NCBI GenBank assembly: GCA_035221665.1
Contig: CM069164.1
Coordinates: 15,190,001-15,254,000 of the forward strand
Reading direction: 5' to 3'
DNA: 64,000 nt
Source of the DNA: Okamejei kenojei
Lineage: Eukaryota
The position numbers and the translations under genes are program-made. The notes under the pieces are model-generated. The model did no database searches and was not told the origin of the DNA. It was given only the letters and a program-made list of their open reading frames with translations. Positions within the stretch are counted from its first letter, which is position 1; each line of letters starts with the position of its first letter. Below, piece after piece: positions 36,503 to 47,272 of this stretch.

Positions 36503-37091
36503 AGGTTATATCGGTGAGACCAAGCGGAGGCTTGGCAATCGTTTCGCCGAACGCCTCCGCTCGGTCCGCAAAAACCAACCCGACCTCCCAGTGGCTCAGC
36601 ACTTCAACTCCCCCTCCCATTCCGTATCCGACCTCTCGGTCCTGGGCCTCCTCCATGGCCAGAGTGAGCAACACCGTAAGTTGGAGGAACAGCACCTCAT
36701 ATTCCGCTTGGGGAGTCTGCATCCTTTGGGCTTGAACATTGAATTTTCTCAATTCTGTTAACCCCTGCTGTCTCCTCCCCCTCCCACCTCTCCCTCAGCC
36801 CTTGGGCCCTGGCATTCCCTCTATCTCTATCTCCCTCCCCCACCCTAGTCGCACTAGCTTCGCATTTTCACACCACAAACAGCTTACAATGGCTTGTTCC
36901 CTTTATCATCGATACTTTTTTGCATATCTTTCATTCATTGTTCTTTATCTCTCCACATCACCGTCTATATCTCTCGTTTCCCTGATCCCTGACCAGTCTG
37001 AAGAAGGGTCTCGACCCGAAACGTCGCCTATCTCCTTCGCTCCTTAGATGCTGCTGCACCCGCTGAGTTTCTCCAGCTTTTTGTGTAACCC
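36503..37091 (+). mobile_element. 5'-truncated Penelope-like element (GIY-YIG endonuclease, 3'UTR, hammerhead module) with a 15-bp TSD
   Basis: YIGETKRRLGNRFAERLRSV…PVAQHFNSPSH…HRKLEEQHLIFRLGSLHPLGLNIEFSQF. TTTGCGTGAGATTGG at 36488-36502 and 37092-37106. Confidence 0.92.
36995..37028 (+). ncRNA. Minimal type-I hammerhead ribozyme motif (PLE-associated)
   Basis: CUGAAGA (36998-37004), an extra A, stem II GGGUC/GACCC, GAAAC, then the GUC triplet (37023-37025) with palindromic ACGU in place of helix III. Confidence 0.7.
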
Positions 37092-37587
37092 TTTGCGTGA
37101 GATTGGTCTGGAGCAGCAGGGTTTTGCATGTGCTCAGGTATGGTGGGAGATTGGCAGATCAGCAGTGAAATGATCGAACTTGGGAGAATAATTACTCCGT
37201 CTCTCTGTCCCTGTGTTTTTTAACTGTCAGAATGGAAACATCACAGAGCCTCTACATAAAACCACAACTGCCAAAACCAGGCAGGGAGGTGAAGAGTGGA
37301 CTGATGGACACATTTGTTCTGCCTTTTGTTCATCCCATTGACACTGGGTGCTTCTGAAAGAAACTGTGGTTCTCCCACTGGAAAAGGATTACATGCGAAG
37401 GAGCTGCTGTCTTCACCACATTCACAGCGACATTTGCATTTGAGAACTCCTGGATACTACTCACAAACGTGTGTTGCAATTAAGATGCAGCAAAAGCAAG
37501 CGAGATTCACAATTTGAAACCAATGGTGACTGGGTCGGACCTGACTGTGTGGAGTTAGTATAACACACAGGGAGGCAGATGATGATC

Positions 37588-37990
37588 AATAGACAATAGA
37601 CAATAGGTGCAGGAGTAGGCCATTCAGCTCTTCGAGCCAGCACCCCATTCAATGTGATCATGGCTGTTCATAGAAACATAGAAACATAGAAAATATGTGT
37701 AGGAGGAGGCTATTTGGCCCTTTGAGCTAGCACCCCAATTCATTGTGATCATGGCTGATCGTCCTCTATCAATAACCCGTTCCTGCCTTCTCCCTATATC
37801 CCTTGACTCCACTAGCCCCTAGAGCTCTATCTAACTTGCTTAAAGCCATCCAGTGACTTGGCCTCCACTGCCCTCTGTGGCAGGGAATTCCATAAATTCA
37901 CAACTCTCTGGGTGAAAACTCTTTTTTCTCGCCTCAGTCTTAAATGACCTCCCCCTTATTCTAAGACTGCGGCCCCTGGTTCTCGCCCAA
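37588..37990 (-). mobile_element. Two stacked CR1 3' ends
   Basis: (AGACAAT)n-tailed copy at 37588-37666, then an (ATAGAAAC)n-tailed copy at 37668-37990. Confidence 0.75.
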
Positions 37991-39612
37991 CACTGGGAAC
38001 ATTTTTCCTGCATTGGGAACATTTTTCCTGTGGAACCTCTCCGAGTACGGCATCACTCAGTGCAGGATAGGCCAGGCTGTCCTGGTTTGATTTGGTCACT
38101 ATCTCCGTAGAGCAGGAAAATCCGAGCCAGATTGCCAGGAGCATCCGATCAGAGAGGAGGAAGGAAATCAGGTCACTGGCATTTCCTGCTCACTGCCTGA
38201 GGAACTGTGTGGGGAGCGTAGGCTGTGATGCTGTTTGGACCTGACAGAGGCAGGCAGAACATGGAGATGAGCGTGTGCTGATTCTCCACCAGAGTAATAG
38301 CCCAAAAATCAACAGCAACAGCTCCTGTTTATTCTGGTGACGAGGGCATAGCTGGTAAAGGCAATATTTATTGTCTAGTTCAATTGCTTTTGAGATGAAA
38401 TTGCCAACTGCTCCAAGAAACACAGAAAGGAACCATGGAGATGCAACAAGCAGTTAGGAAGCAAAGTTGTATGTCATTTCAAAGGAGATGACATGAACGC
38501 CCCCTTACAGAGCTTTGCTGAGAGCTTCTCTCAAGTCCTACCTACAGGTATGGTGACCTTATCTACGGCACCCAAGAACCAAGATGAAATGAAGAATCAA
38601 TTTTCAATTGCTTAACACGGAAGAATCAGCAAGGTGTCATTGAATTTCGAGGCCACAATTAATTCCTGAGATAAGAAGGTTTTCTTGGGATGAGAGACTG
38701 TATAAAATCGACCTAAGTTTGTAGTTTTGAGATGCAGAAGGCACTGAAAGGCACTGAAAGGCTTTCTTCAGGCTGGAGAGACTGGGACCTGCAGGCTCAG
38801 TCTCAGGGAAAGAGCTAGAGATCAGGAGAAATCGCTTCACTAGTTGTGATAGGTGACTACATGAAAGGCAACATCGACTGCCTCTTGGACACGGGGAATC
38901 GGAGAAAGTGGAGATCAGCTGGAAAAGTGACAAATCCGCAGGGTCAGTCAGAATCCTCTTGAACGTCATCTAACTGTTCACATTCTTAAAATGCTTTCTT
39001 AAATGGGGTAGTAACATTGGTTAATATGCAGTGTCTTACAGAGTTGCAAGAAGCGATTGACAGCCAGGGTGCATAGACTGGGGTCAGGTGACCATCCTGA
39101 GCAAAGTGGCGTCAGGGATAAGAGGCTGGAGAAGCCGAGGTTCTTCTCTTTACACCAGAGAAGGTTGAGAAGATATCTCGCAGAGGTGCTAAAATCAGGA
39201 AGGGTCCAGACATTTAGGGCAGAGATTTAAGGTGATTGGCAAAAAAAGTGAGCACTGGAGGGAAATCTTTTGTGAATTCTTCAAGTGATTGGAATGTGGA
39301 AGGCACAGTGCATTGAGATGATGGCCACACATTCAGTGCTAAACTTGCACTCCCCCACCCCCCACCCCCCACCCTCCCACGAGAGTCCCCCTCCAGCAGC
39401 GCACTGTCATGACTTGGGAACAAATTGCTGGTCCTTCACCGTCACCGGGTCTAAATCTCCGGAGCTCCTTTACCAGCACGATGTGTGGCAGCACCTTCAC
39501 CAGCGGGACTGGAATGTTTAAAGAAGGCAGCTAAACCGCAACCTCCTAAAGCACAATTTAGGCATGTGGGAAATAAATGCCGAGCCAGCAATGTCATGAT
39601 AATAAAAAATGA

Positions 39613-39850
39613 ATAGAAACATAGAAACATAGAAATTAGGTGCAGGAGCAGGCCATTCTGCCCTTTCAGCCTGCACCGCCATTCAATATGATCATGGCTG
39701 ATCATCCAAACTCAGTATCCTGTACCTGCCTTCTCTCCATACCCCCTGATCCCTTCAGTCACAAGGGCCACGTCCAACTCCCTCTGAAATATGGCCAACG
39801 AACTGGCCTCAACCACCTTCTGTGGCAGAGAATTCCACAGATTCACCACT
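39613..39850 (-). mobile_element. CR1 LINE 3' end
   Basis: (ATAGAAAC)n octamer tail and CR1 3'UTR. Confidence 0.8.
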
Positions 39851-40599
39851 AAAGAAACTACTTGAAGGAGGCTAATTTGTCAGGATGTGGGGAGTGAGCA
39901 GAGTGAGCAGGGCAATGGGTTTAACTGATGGTCTTTGAAAGAGCTAGCACATATTCAGTGGGCCAAATGGCTTCGTCCTATGCAGCACCATTCTACAATA
40001 CTGTGCAGCATCAAACACTGATGTGCCAGGGCTGCCTGCACATATACACAGTATATACACATACTCAACGACTGTGTATACGTGCAGGCAGAACTTCCTG
40101 CCCTCTCTAAAGTTAATATTAGTGTCTGACCGCCAGTGGATGGAGTTGTGGGTAGTGAGCACCTCAGACAGACTCATCACACTCTAGATTGAAAATTCCT
40201 CAGACTCATTTTTGTCTTTGACCTCTGAAGCTGACAGCTTCTGGTGTGGTTATAAATCTTAGCTACAAAGGTGACAGACAGTTAAACTGTCGCACTGATT
40301 ATGCCACTCAAAATCCAATAACGTGAAGCAGCCCTGAACTCTCATGGTTCACTGTGGATCAGAGGCAGTGGCAACCTGCATATGCATAGAATGTACAGCA
40401 CAGAGACTGAGCATTTGGCCCATCTGCTCTGTGCTGGTCTTTCTGTTTCACACAAGCCTCTTCCAACCAGGTATTTATCCATACAAATCCACCTCTACTA
40501 TTGGCATTAAGCACTCCATGTGGAACCCACATTTTCCCAGTTCCCCAGGTGAAAATGTTTCTCCTGAATCACTGATGAATTTATTAAAGACTCCCTGTA

Positions 40600-40890
40600 A
40601 TAGAAACATAGAAAATAGGTGCAGGAGGAGGCCATTCGGCCCTTCGAGCCAGCACCGCCATTCATCGTGATCATGGCTGATCGTCCACTATCAATAACCC
40701 GTGCCTGCCTTCTCCCCATATCCCTTGACTCCATTAGCCCCTAGAGCTCTATCCAACTCTTTCCTAAACCCATCCATTGATTTGGCCTCCACTGCCCTCT
40801 GTGGCAGGGAATTCCACAAATTCACAACTCTCTGGGTGAAAAAGTTTTTTCTCACCTCAGTCTTAAATTACCTCCCCTTTATTCTAAGAA
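40600..40890 (-). mobile_element. CR1 LINE 3' end
   Basis: Octamer tail; near-identical to 37668-37990. Confidence 0.8.
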
Positions 40891-41859
40891 AGCTCGTTGT
40901 TTTGGTCTCTGCCATGACTGGAACTATCTTATCTACATCTGCCCTGACAAAGGCTTTCATAATTTGACAGCCTGGATCTCTCTGTTCCAGGGCTTAGGTT
41001 GGTGCTGAAGAGACTGTGGCATATTTTGGAGAGCCCCACCTAACAATATCCCCCCCAGATCACTAGAGTTTGTTCCCTTTGAGTGCTTTTGGGGATCTTG
41101 AGTGTGCCCAATAGGTGGATTTTGTTCATGGAACCACGTTCTCTTTACTCTCTGGGGAAAGTACTATCCCTAGAATTTCCTACTGGATTTGCCAGCGTTT
41201 GATATGTACAGGAGGAAGATCTTGGGGTGCTGAAGTTCAGCTGATACTGAAAGGAAGTGAAAGCACAAGAGATTGCAGATGCTGGAATCTTGAACAAAAC
41301 ACACACAACAAGGAACCCAACGAGTCAGACAGCATTTATGAAATTGAACCCTCTTGAGTTTTCCTATTCCATGAAATGTTACAGCTTTTCCTTCACAAGC
41401 TGAACAGTCCAATCACCGATGGGAGTGGTGGGAACATGCCAATGGACACAGCCATCTCCAGCTCTCATCCACATTGAAACAGTTGCCGTTATAAGTGGCA
41501 AAGTGAGAGGCAGTGCTACAGGGCACGTAGGTTCTGGAGTTCATAGGAAAGTTTGATTGGAGTTACAAATTATTTTGCTCAATAATTGATGACATTGTGA
41601 CTCTGTCATAAACTCGGAGAGGGCAACATGTGAAGTAGGAGCTGAAGAGGCCACTCGGCCCCTCAAGCCTGCTGCACATTTAGTATGATGGACTGTAATA
41701 CGCTGAGACCACTGACAACTGTAAGCACAATGAAAGAAACAAAGCAATCTCAATGCAGAACAAGCTTAAGAATAAAGATTATCGTGGATTAATGGATGAA
41801 TATTTAACGTTAGGTGCTTTTAGAATTTTCTCTCATGGAGGTGTGAGAAGCATAACGTA

Positions 41860-42121
41860 TCTCTGATTCAGACCGCTGAGGAACCACATTTCATACAAGA
41901 GGAGTGGAAATCAGGAACTTGCTCCTCAATGGTCAAAGACACTGAGGTCCATTGAATCTTTCAAGACTGAGATCAGTAGCGTTTCTGTTGGGTATCAATG
42001 CATCAAGGGGCATGGAGTAAAGCAGGGGAACAGATCAGCCATGATCATATTGAATGGCGATGCTGGCTCAATGGGCTGAATGGCCTACTCCTGCACCTAT
42101 TTTCTATGTTTCTATGTTTCT
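41860..42121 (+). mobile_element. CR1 LINE 3' end
   Basis: gatcagccatgatcatattgaatggc…cctactcctgcacctat+(TTTCTATG)n. Confidence 0.7.
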
Positions 42122-42614
42122 AAACCTCTCTGTCTCTCTCTACTTCACTCTCCTCTCCCAAACAATTATTTCTTTCTGAGTATTAAGAGAACAGCGGCTT
42201 TGATCCTTCGTAATAGAAACCATGAAACTGGGCATTTATATAGCACCTGCAATAAAATATCTCTTGATATCAGCCTGAAGTTGACTCCAAGCAACATAGA
42301 ATAATGGAATTACAAAATGGTTGCATGCAGGAGGCCATTTGGCCAATCAACTCTGTGCCAACTATGGTTAGAAAGGTCTGATGTTGCATTTGAACCTGCC
42401 TCTGCCTCTGCCACTGCCCTGACCACATTCATTCGATACACAAAAATGTTTCCTCGCATTACCTTTGTTTTTTTGGCAATCAGTTCATTCTATGTCTCCT
42501 TATTCTTGTCTCTTCACCAATGGGAACATCCTCACTATCTATTCGGTCTATAGCCTTTCTGGTTTTAAACACCTCCCCTCGGCCATTCAAAGAGAACCAT
42601 CACAGCTTCCACAT

Positions 42615-43395
42615 TCTCTCAATGTCAGCAAGACAAAGGAGATTGTGATTGACTTCAAGAAGTGAAGAGGTACACATATCCTGGTATACATTGGTGGTGC
42701 CAAAGTGGGGATGGTTGAAAGCTTCAAGATCCCAGGAGTAAATATCACCAACAACCTGTCCTGGACGAACCAGATCGAAGCAATGGCCAAGAAACGCACC
42801 AAAGCTTCGACTTCCTTTGAAGGCTCAGGAACTTTGGCATGTCCTCAGCAACGCTCACCACCCTCTGCAGATTCACCATAGAAAGCATTTTATCGGGATG
42901 CATCACAGCATGGTTTGGGAAAAGCTCCATCCGAGACTGCAAGAAATTGCAGAGAATTATTGCGTGCTGTTAGCCCAGACCATCACGCAAACCAACTTTC
43001 CTTCCATCGACGCCACCTACAGGTCACGCTGTCTCGGCAAGGCCACCAGCATAATCAAGGACGAGTCTCACCCCGGACACTTCCTCTTCTCTCCTCTCCC
43101 ATCAGGCAAGAGATACAGAAGTTTGAAAACACGTACCCCAGATTCAGGGACAGTTTCTTCCGATGTTGGCACCAGCTAGAGAGCGGTCTTGACCTAACAA
43201 CTATCTCATTGGAGCCCCTTGGATTATCTTCAGTCGGACTACTGAACTTTATCTTGCACTAAATATTATTTCCTTTTTCATGTATCTGTACCCTTGACTG
43301 TAATCATGTATAGTCTTTTCGCTGACTGGATAGCACGGAACAAAAACTTTCACCACTGTACCTCAGTACATGCGACAATAAACTAAACTAAACTA
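42615..43395 (+). mobile_element. Rex1/Babar-type LINE 3' portion
   Basis: LNVSKTKEIVIDF, then AQTITQTNFPSID..YRSRCLGKATSIIKDESHPGHFLFSPLPSGKRYRS. Ends gacaataaactaaactaaac. Confidence 0.8.
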
Positions 43396-44885
43396 TCCAC
43401 ATAACTAAAATCTCTCATCCGAGAATCAGTTTGTACATCTTTTCAACACACTCTTTGAAGCCTTTATACCTTTCCTAAGGTGTAGCGCCCAGAATTAGAT
43501 ACAACACTCAGTAAACAGCACTGGAAATATTAAGAGAGTAAAGAGATATTGGACTCTGACCAAAGGTTTGATTAAGGGCAAATATTTCATCAAGAGATTT
43601 GAAGAGAAGAGCTGAGAAACTTCAACTATAATTTCTAGTTCCCAATCGTCTAAAAATATGCTCACTGTCCCCACTGATTGAAAGTCAATAAAACTGAGGC
43701 TGGAGATTTCTGTGTGAGGGTGGATCATATTAACAGTGTTAAATGAGACCAACAGCAGAATAATTCATAGATTCAACTGAAATGTCTGTGCTTTAGGGGG
43801 GTGAGGAGCTCTTGTAGAATGACCACACAATGACAGGTGCAATGGATCACCTCGTAATTAGCTCTGAGGCACTCAGACAGATCTTCCCGCCTTCAGTCAC
43901 ACAACTCTTACTCCTCCTTAATATTTCTACAATTCAAAATAAATACCAGCACTAAAAATCTATCTCGGTTGGATGTTCGGTGAATATTGCTGGCTCCAAT
44001 TACTGAATAGGAACTGGGATTCGACTGTGACTGTGAACTACAGTGGGATTCCAGAGAGCTCTCTGAGCCTCACTTTTTGACATCCAGCCCACGCCTTACC
44101 TACCTCGGGCTGCTTGCACGACGATACATTTGCTACCGGCCGGCTTCTTGGCTGAGGGGCAGTCTGACGAAATGAAGGTGAACAGAGAGAATAATCACAA
44201 ATAAATCCTGACGGTAAATTCGGGAGAAAATATGGAGCTTACTCCCATGGCTGATAGGAACGGTAGGTTTAATTTAAGGGAAATTGGCATAACTATATGA
44301 GGGAGAAAGGAATATAGAGATGGGGAGGAGAGAGGGGAGAGGCTCATATGGAGGGTAAATATCAGCCCAAATGGCCTGTTTCTCTAATACAAACTTGGAT
44401 TAATTGAGATACTGAATATTCAGCATGTCAAGGAGCATCAATTGAATGAGAAACCGGGCCAGCTCAGTGTTTCCAGCATTTTGAGTTCTTATTTCAAATT
44501 TCCAGCATCTGCAGTTTTTTGACTTTCTAATACAAACCATCATTGTTGCTTCCAGCATAATGTCGACAGCTGGCTCTTATAATGTGACCGTTTTCAGTAC
44601 TGAGACAGTATCAGGGAATATCTAGTGACAGCAGATTGATGTCTGTGACTTTAATCTTTATTTCTCTCAGGAGTGAAGCAGTGGGAAGGAAGGATAGCAC
44701 CCGGTCTGTGTCAATCTGTGTCCCATGGATCCAGTGGAATACAGATGTTCTCTGCAAGCTGCAGTCTGCCCGGGCATGACGGATATTAGATAAATAGCTT
44801 GGAGGTTTTGTTGATTATCTCTGGGGCTAGGGGAGAGATCTCCTGGAGTTTCACCTACCTACTGATGTGAGCTATGTATGGTCTC

Positions 44886-44886
<1 letters not shown>

Positions 44887-44917
<31 letters not shown>

Positions 44918-44918
44918 A
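44887..44918. repeat. Poly-C homopolymer (~32 nt)
   Basis: Read directly. Confidence 0.9.
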
Positions 44919-45199
44919 TCCCCCACCGAGAGATTCAGTAACTGAGGGAGTTGTGCAGGAGGAACAGTCTGGCTTTATCTCTGCTATCAGTTTGTCATTG
45001 ACGGGTTACACAGGTGCTTCACAGAAACTGGAAACACGTGTCTTGCTCCCCAAACACTTTGAAACCTGAGTGAGAGGGCGGCAGTGAAGAGTAAGAGAGT
45101 GGCAGCTGATGATTGCGGATACAAAGAGTCTGTTTCCATTGTAACCTCCAGAACCCTTTGCTTTAGGCTGCAGACTGTTATCACGTAGGTGACCCAGCA

Positions 45200-45530
45200 G
45201 CCACTTTGTGGTCAGCAAACTCCCACAGTTGGCACTAAAACATACCCAACATGTACGGGGAAATGCTAGTTGATTGTAATGGTGGACAGAAAATCAGCTT
45301 TCAGGGATCAACTGTAGCCATCAGGAATAATGCCCTGATCATCTTCAAAATAGCATCGGGATCTTTCATATCCATTTGAGAGAGTCAACCTGCCTCGATT
45401 AATCTCTGATCTGAAAGACAGCAGCTTCAGCACTGCAGGGTTCTCCATGTGTCAGCTGAGATTTTGTGCTAATTTCCTGGCATGGACTTGAACCTACAAC
45501 CTTGTGACTCAGCAGCGGCAACTAAAACCA
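45200..45530 (-). mobile_element. Deu-domain SINE relic
   Basis: cttcaaaatagcatcgggatctttcatatccatttgagagag…ctgaaagacagca…gtgtcagc.gagattttgtgct…ggacttgaacctacaacc; B-box-like GGTTCAAGTCC on the minus strand. Confidence 0.6.
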
Positions 45531-45618
45531 TGTGGTGCGGAGGCAGCAAAAAGAGTTAAGATGCACGTGTGAGCTAATTAAATAGTAGAACTTACTCCAG
45601 AGGCTGAGTTTATTGTTA

Positions 45619-45837
45619 ATAGACACAAAATGCTGGACAAACTCAGCGGGTCATGCAGCATCTCTGGAAAAAAGGAATAGGTGACGCTTCGGGTTGGCAC
45701 CCTATTTCAGACTTTGAAGAAGGGTTCCAACCCGAAGCTTTGAAGAAGAGTTCCGACCCGAAGTGTCTTCTATTCCTTTACTTCAGAGATGTATTGCTTG
45801 AGCATTTTCGGTATAAACCAGCAGCTGCAGCAACACA
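45619..45837 (+). mobile_element. PLE-derived fold-back element with three degenerate hammerhead cores
   Basis: AGTTTATTGT at 45607-45616 and 45838-45847. Cores at 45683-45710(-), 45714-45738(+) and 45740-45767(+). Confidence 0.8.
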
Positions 45838-46774
45838 AGTTTATTGTCACGTGGACAGGTACCAATGAAAATCTTCTTTTAGCAGCATCACTGGCACTCA
45901 GAGAGTCAGAAAACACAGAAGATAAATTAAGTCAACATAAATTATACAAGACAGTGAAAAGAAATAAAACACAATTAGAAAACGTTTCTGAGGTCGGACT
46001 CCGCTTGTGCAGGTTGGTTCATGAATCTGATGGTTGTAGGAAAGTACTGTAGCTGTTCCTGGGACATCAGGCTTCTCCAACTCCTGCACAATGGTAGGAG
46101 TGAGATGAGTGCGTGGCCTGATGTTGGGGGATCCTGAACCCAGTGTTGTTTTAGAAGAAGAGGGACATTTCTTTCTGGGACTAAGCTCCATTTTGTACAG
46201 TTGGTCGGGCAGGTATGACTCCACTGGACACTGAGGTTCAACACTCTTCTCTACTTCCACACTTCATTGGAAACACTCCCAAATTCTTCCTGCGGGAGCT
46301 TTCTGACTGCTCAGGTCCTCTCTGTGAGTTCTCACTGACCCGTGCTGTCTTCACTCAGCTCCTGGCCACTGCTGCAAAGATTACTGGGAAGATCCTCGCG
46401 CAGAATCAGCCACAAGCATCGATTCATCATTCACCGAGTGGTTTAATTAGTTTACAATTGGTTTCTGATTGCAAGCCAACTGCAGGAATGTTAATTTGTA
46501 GCTTTTGTCTTGACAGAAGAAGAATGAGTAAATGGAATTGCTGAAGTAAGACAGACTTTAAAGTGATGGCTAATTCACACAATGAATCTAACTACAAGTT
46601 CTTCCCATAATTAGTTGGTAACTTGCAAACCACACATCCACTACAGCAGCAGGAGACCGGTTGGAATAGCAGCGGCTACAGAAACAAATATAGAGGAACG
46701 CCATAAAGATTAGGCTTCGGCCTGAGAAAGTTATGAGTGGTCCTAAGCAGGGGACCTCAAACGGGCCATATAAC

Positions 46775-47272
46775 TGGAGGCACAAGAGATTGCAGATGCT
46801 TGGATCTTTAGCAATGAGCAAGCTGCTGGAGGAACTCTGTGACCAGGTAGCATCTGTGGATGGAAATGGACAAAACACAAGGCTGGAGACAAAAGAGTTC
46901 AGAGGTAGGAAGTGAGATGCAGACCCAGAGGGAGGAACAGTCATAGAAGAGAATAGTGTGCGTGTGTGTGTGGGGGGGGGCGACAAGTAGAGCACCTGGA
47001 ATAGGGAGTGGGTGGAAGCTGAGCAGCTGGAGGAAGGGAACAGAACTGGGTGACAGGGACTGGGGAGCGGAAAGGAAGGTGTACGCTGAGTGGGTGGGGG
47101 GAAGAAACTGGGTAGAACAGGAGTGGGGGGAGTGGGGGGAGTGGGGGGGGGGGCAGAGTTACCTGAAAATGGAGAATTCAATGTTCCTACAGTTAGATTT
47201 AAAGCTACCCAAGCTGAATATACCCTCCACGGAGTTCCTCCAGTAGTTTGTTCTTTGTTCCACACAAACTCC
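46775..47272 (-). mobile_element. Degenerate PLE 3' fragment
   Basis: aagagattgcagatgcttgga…gctgctggaggaactc…agcatctgtgga, plus GIY-YIG tail remnant gagaattcaatgttc…ctacccaagc.gaatat. Confidence 0.55.
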
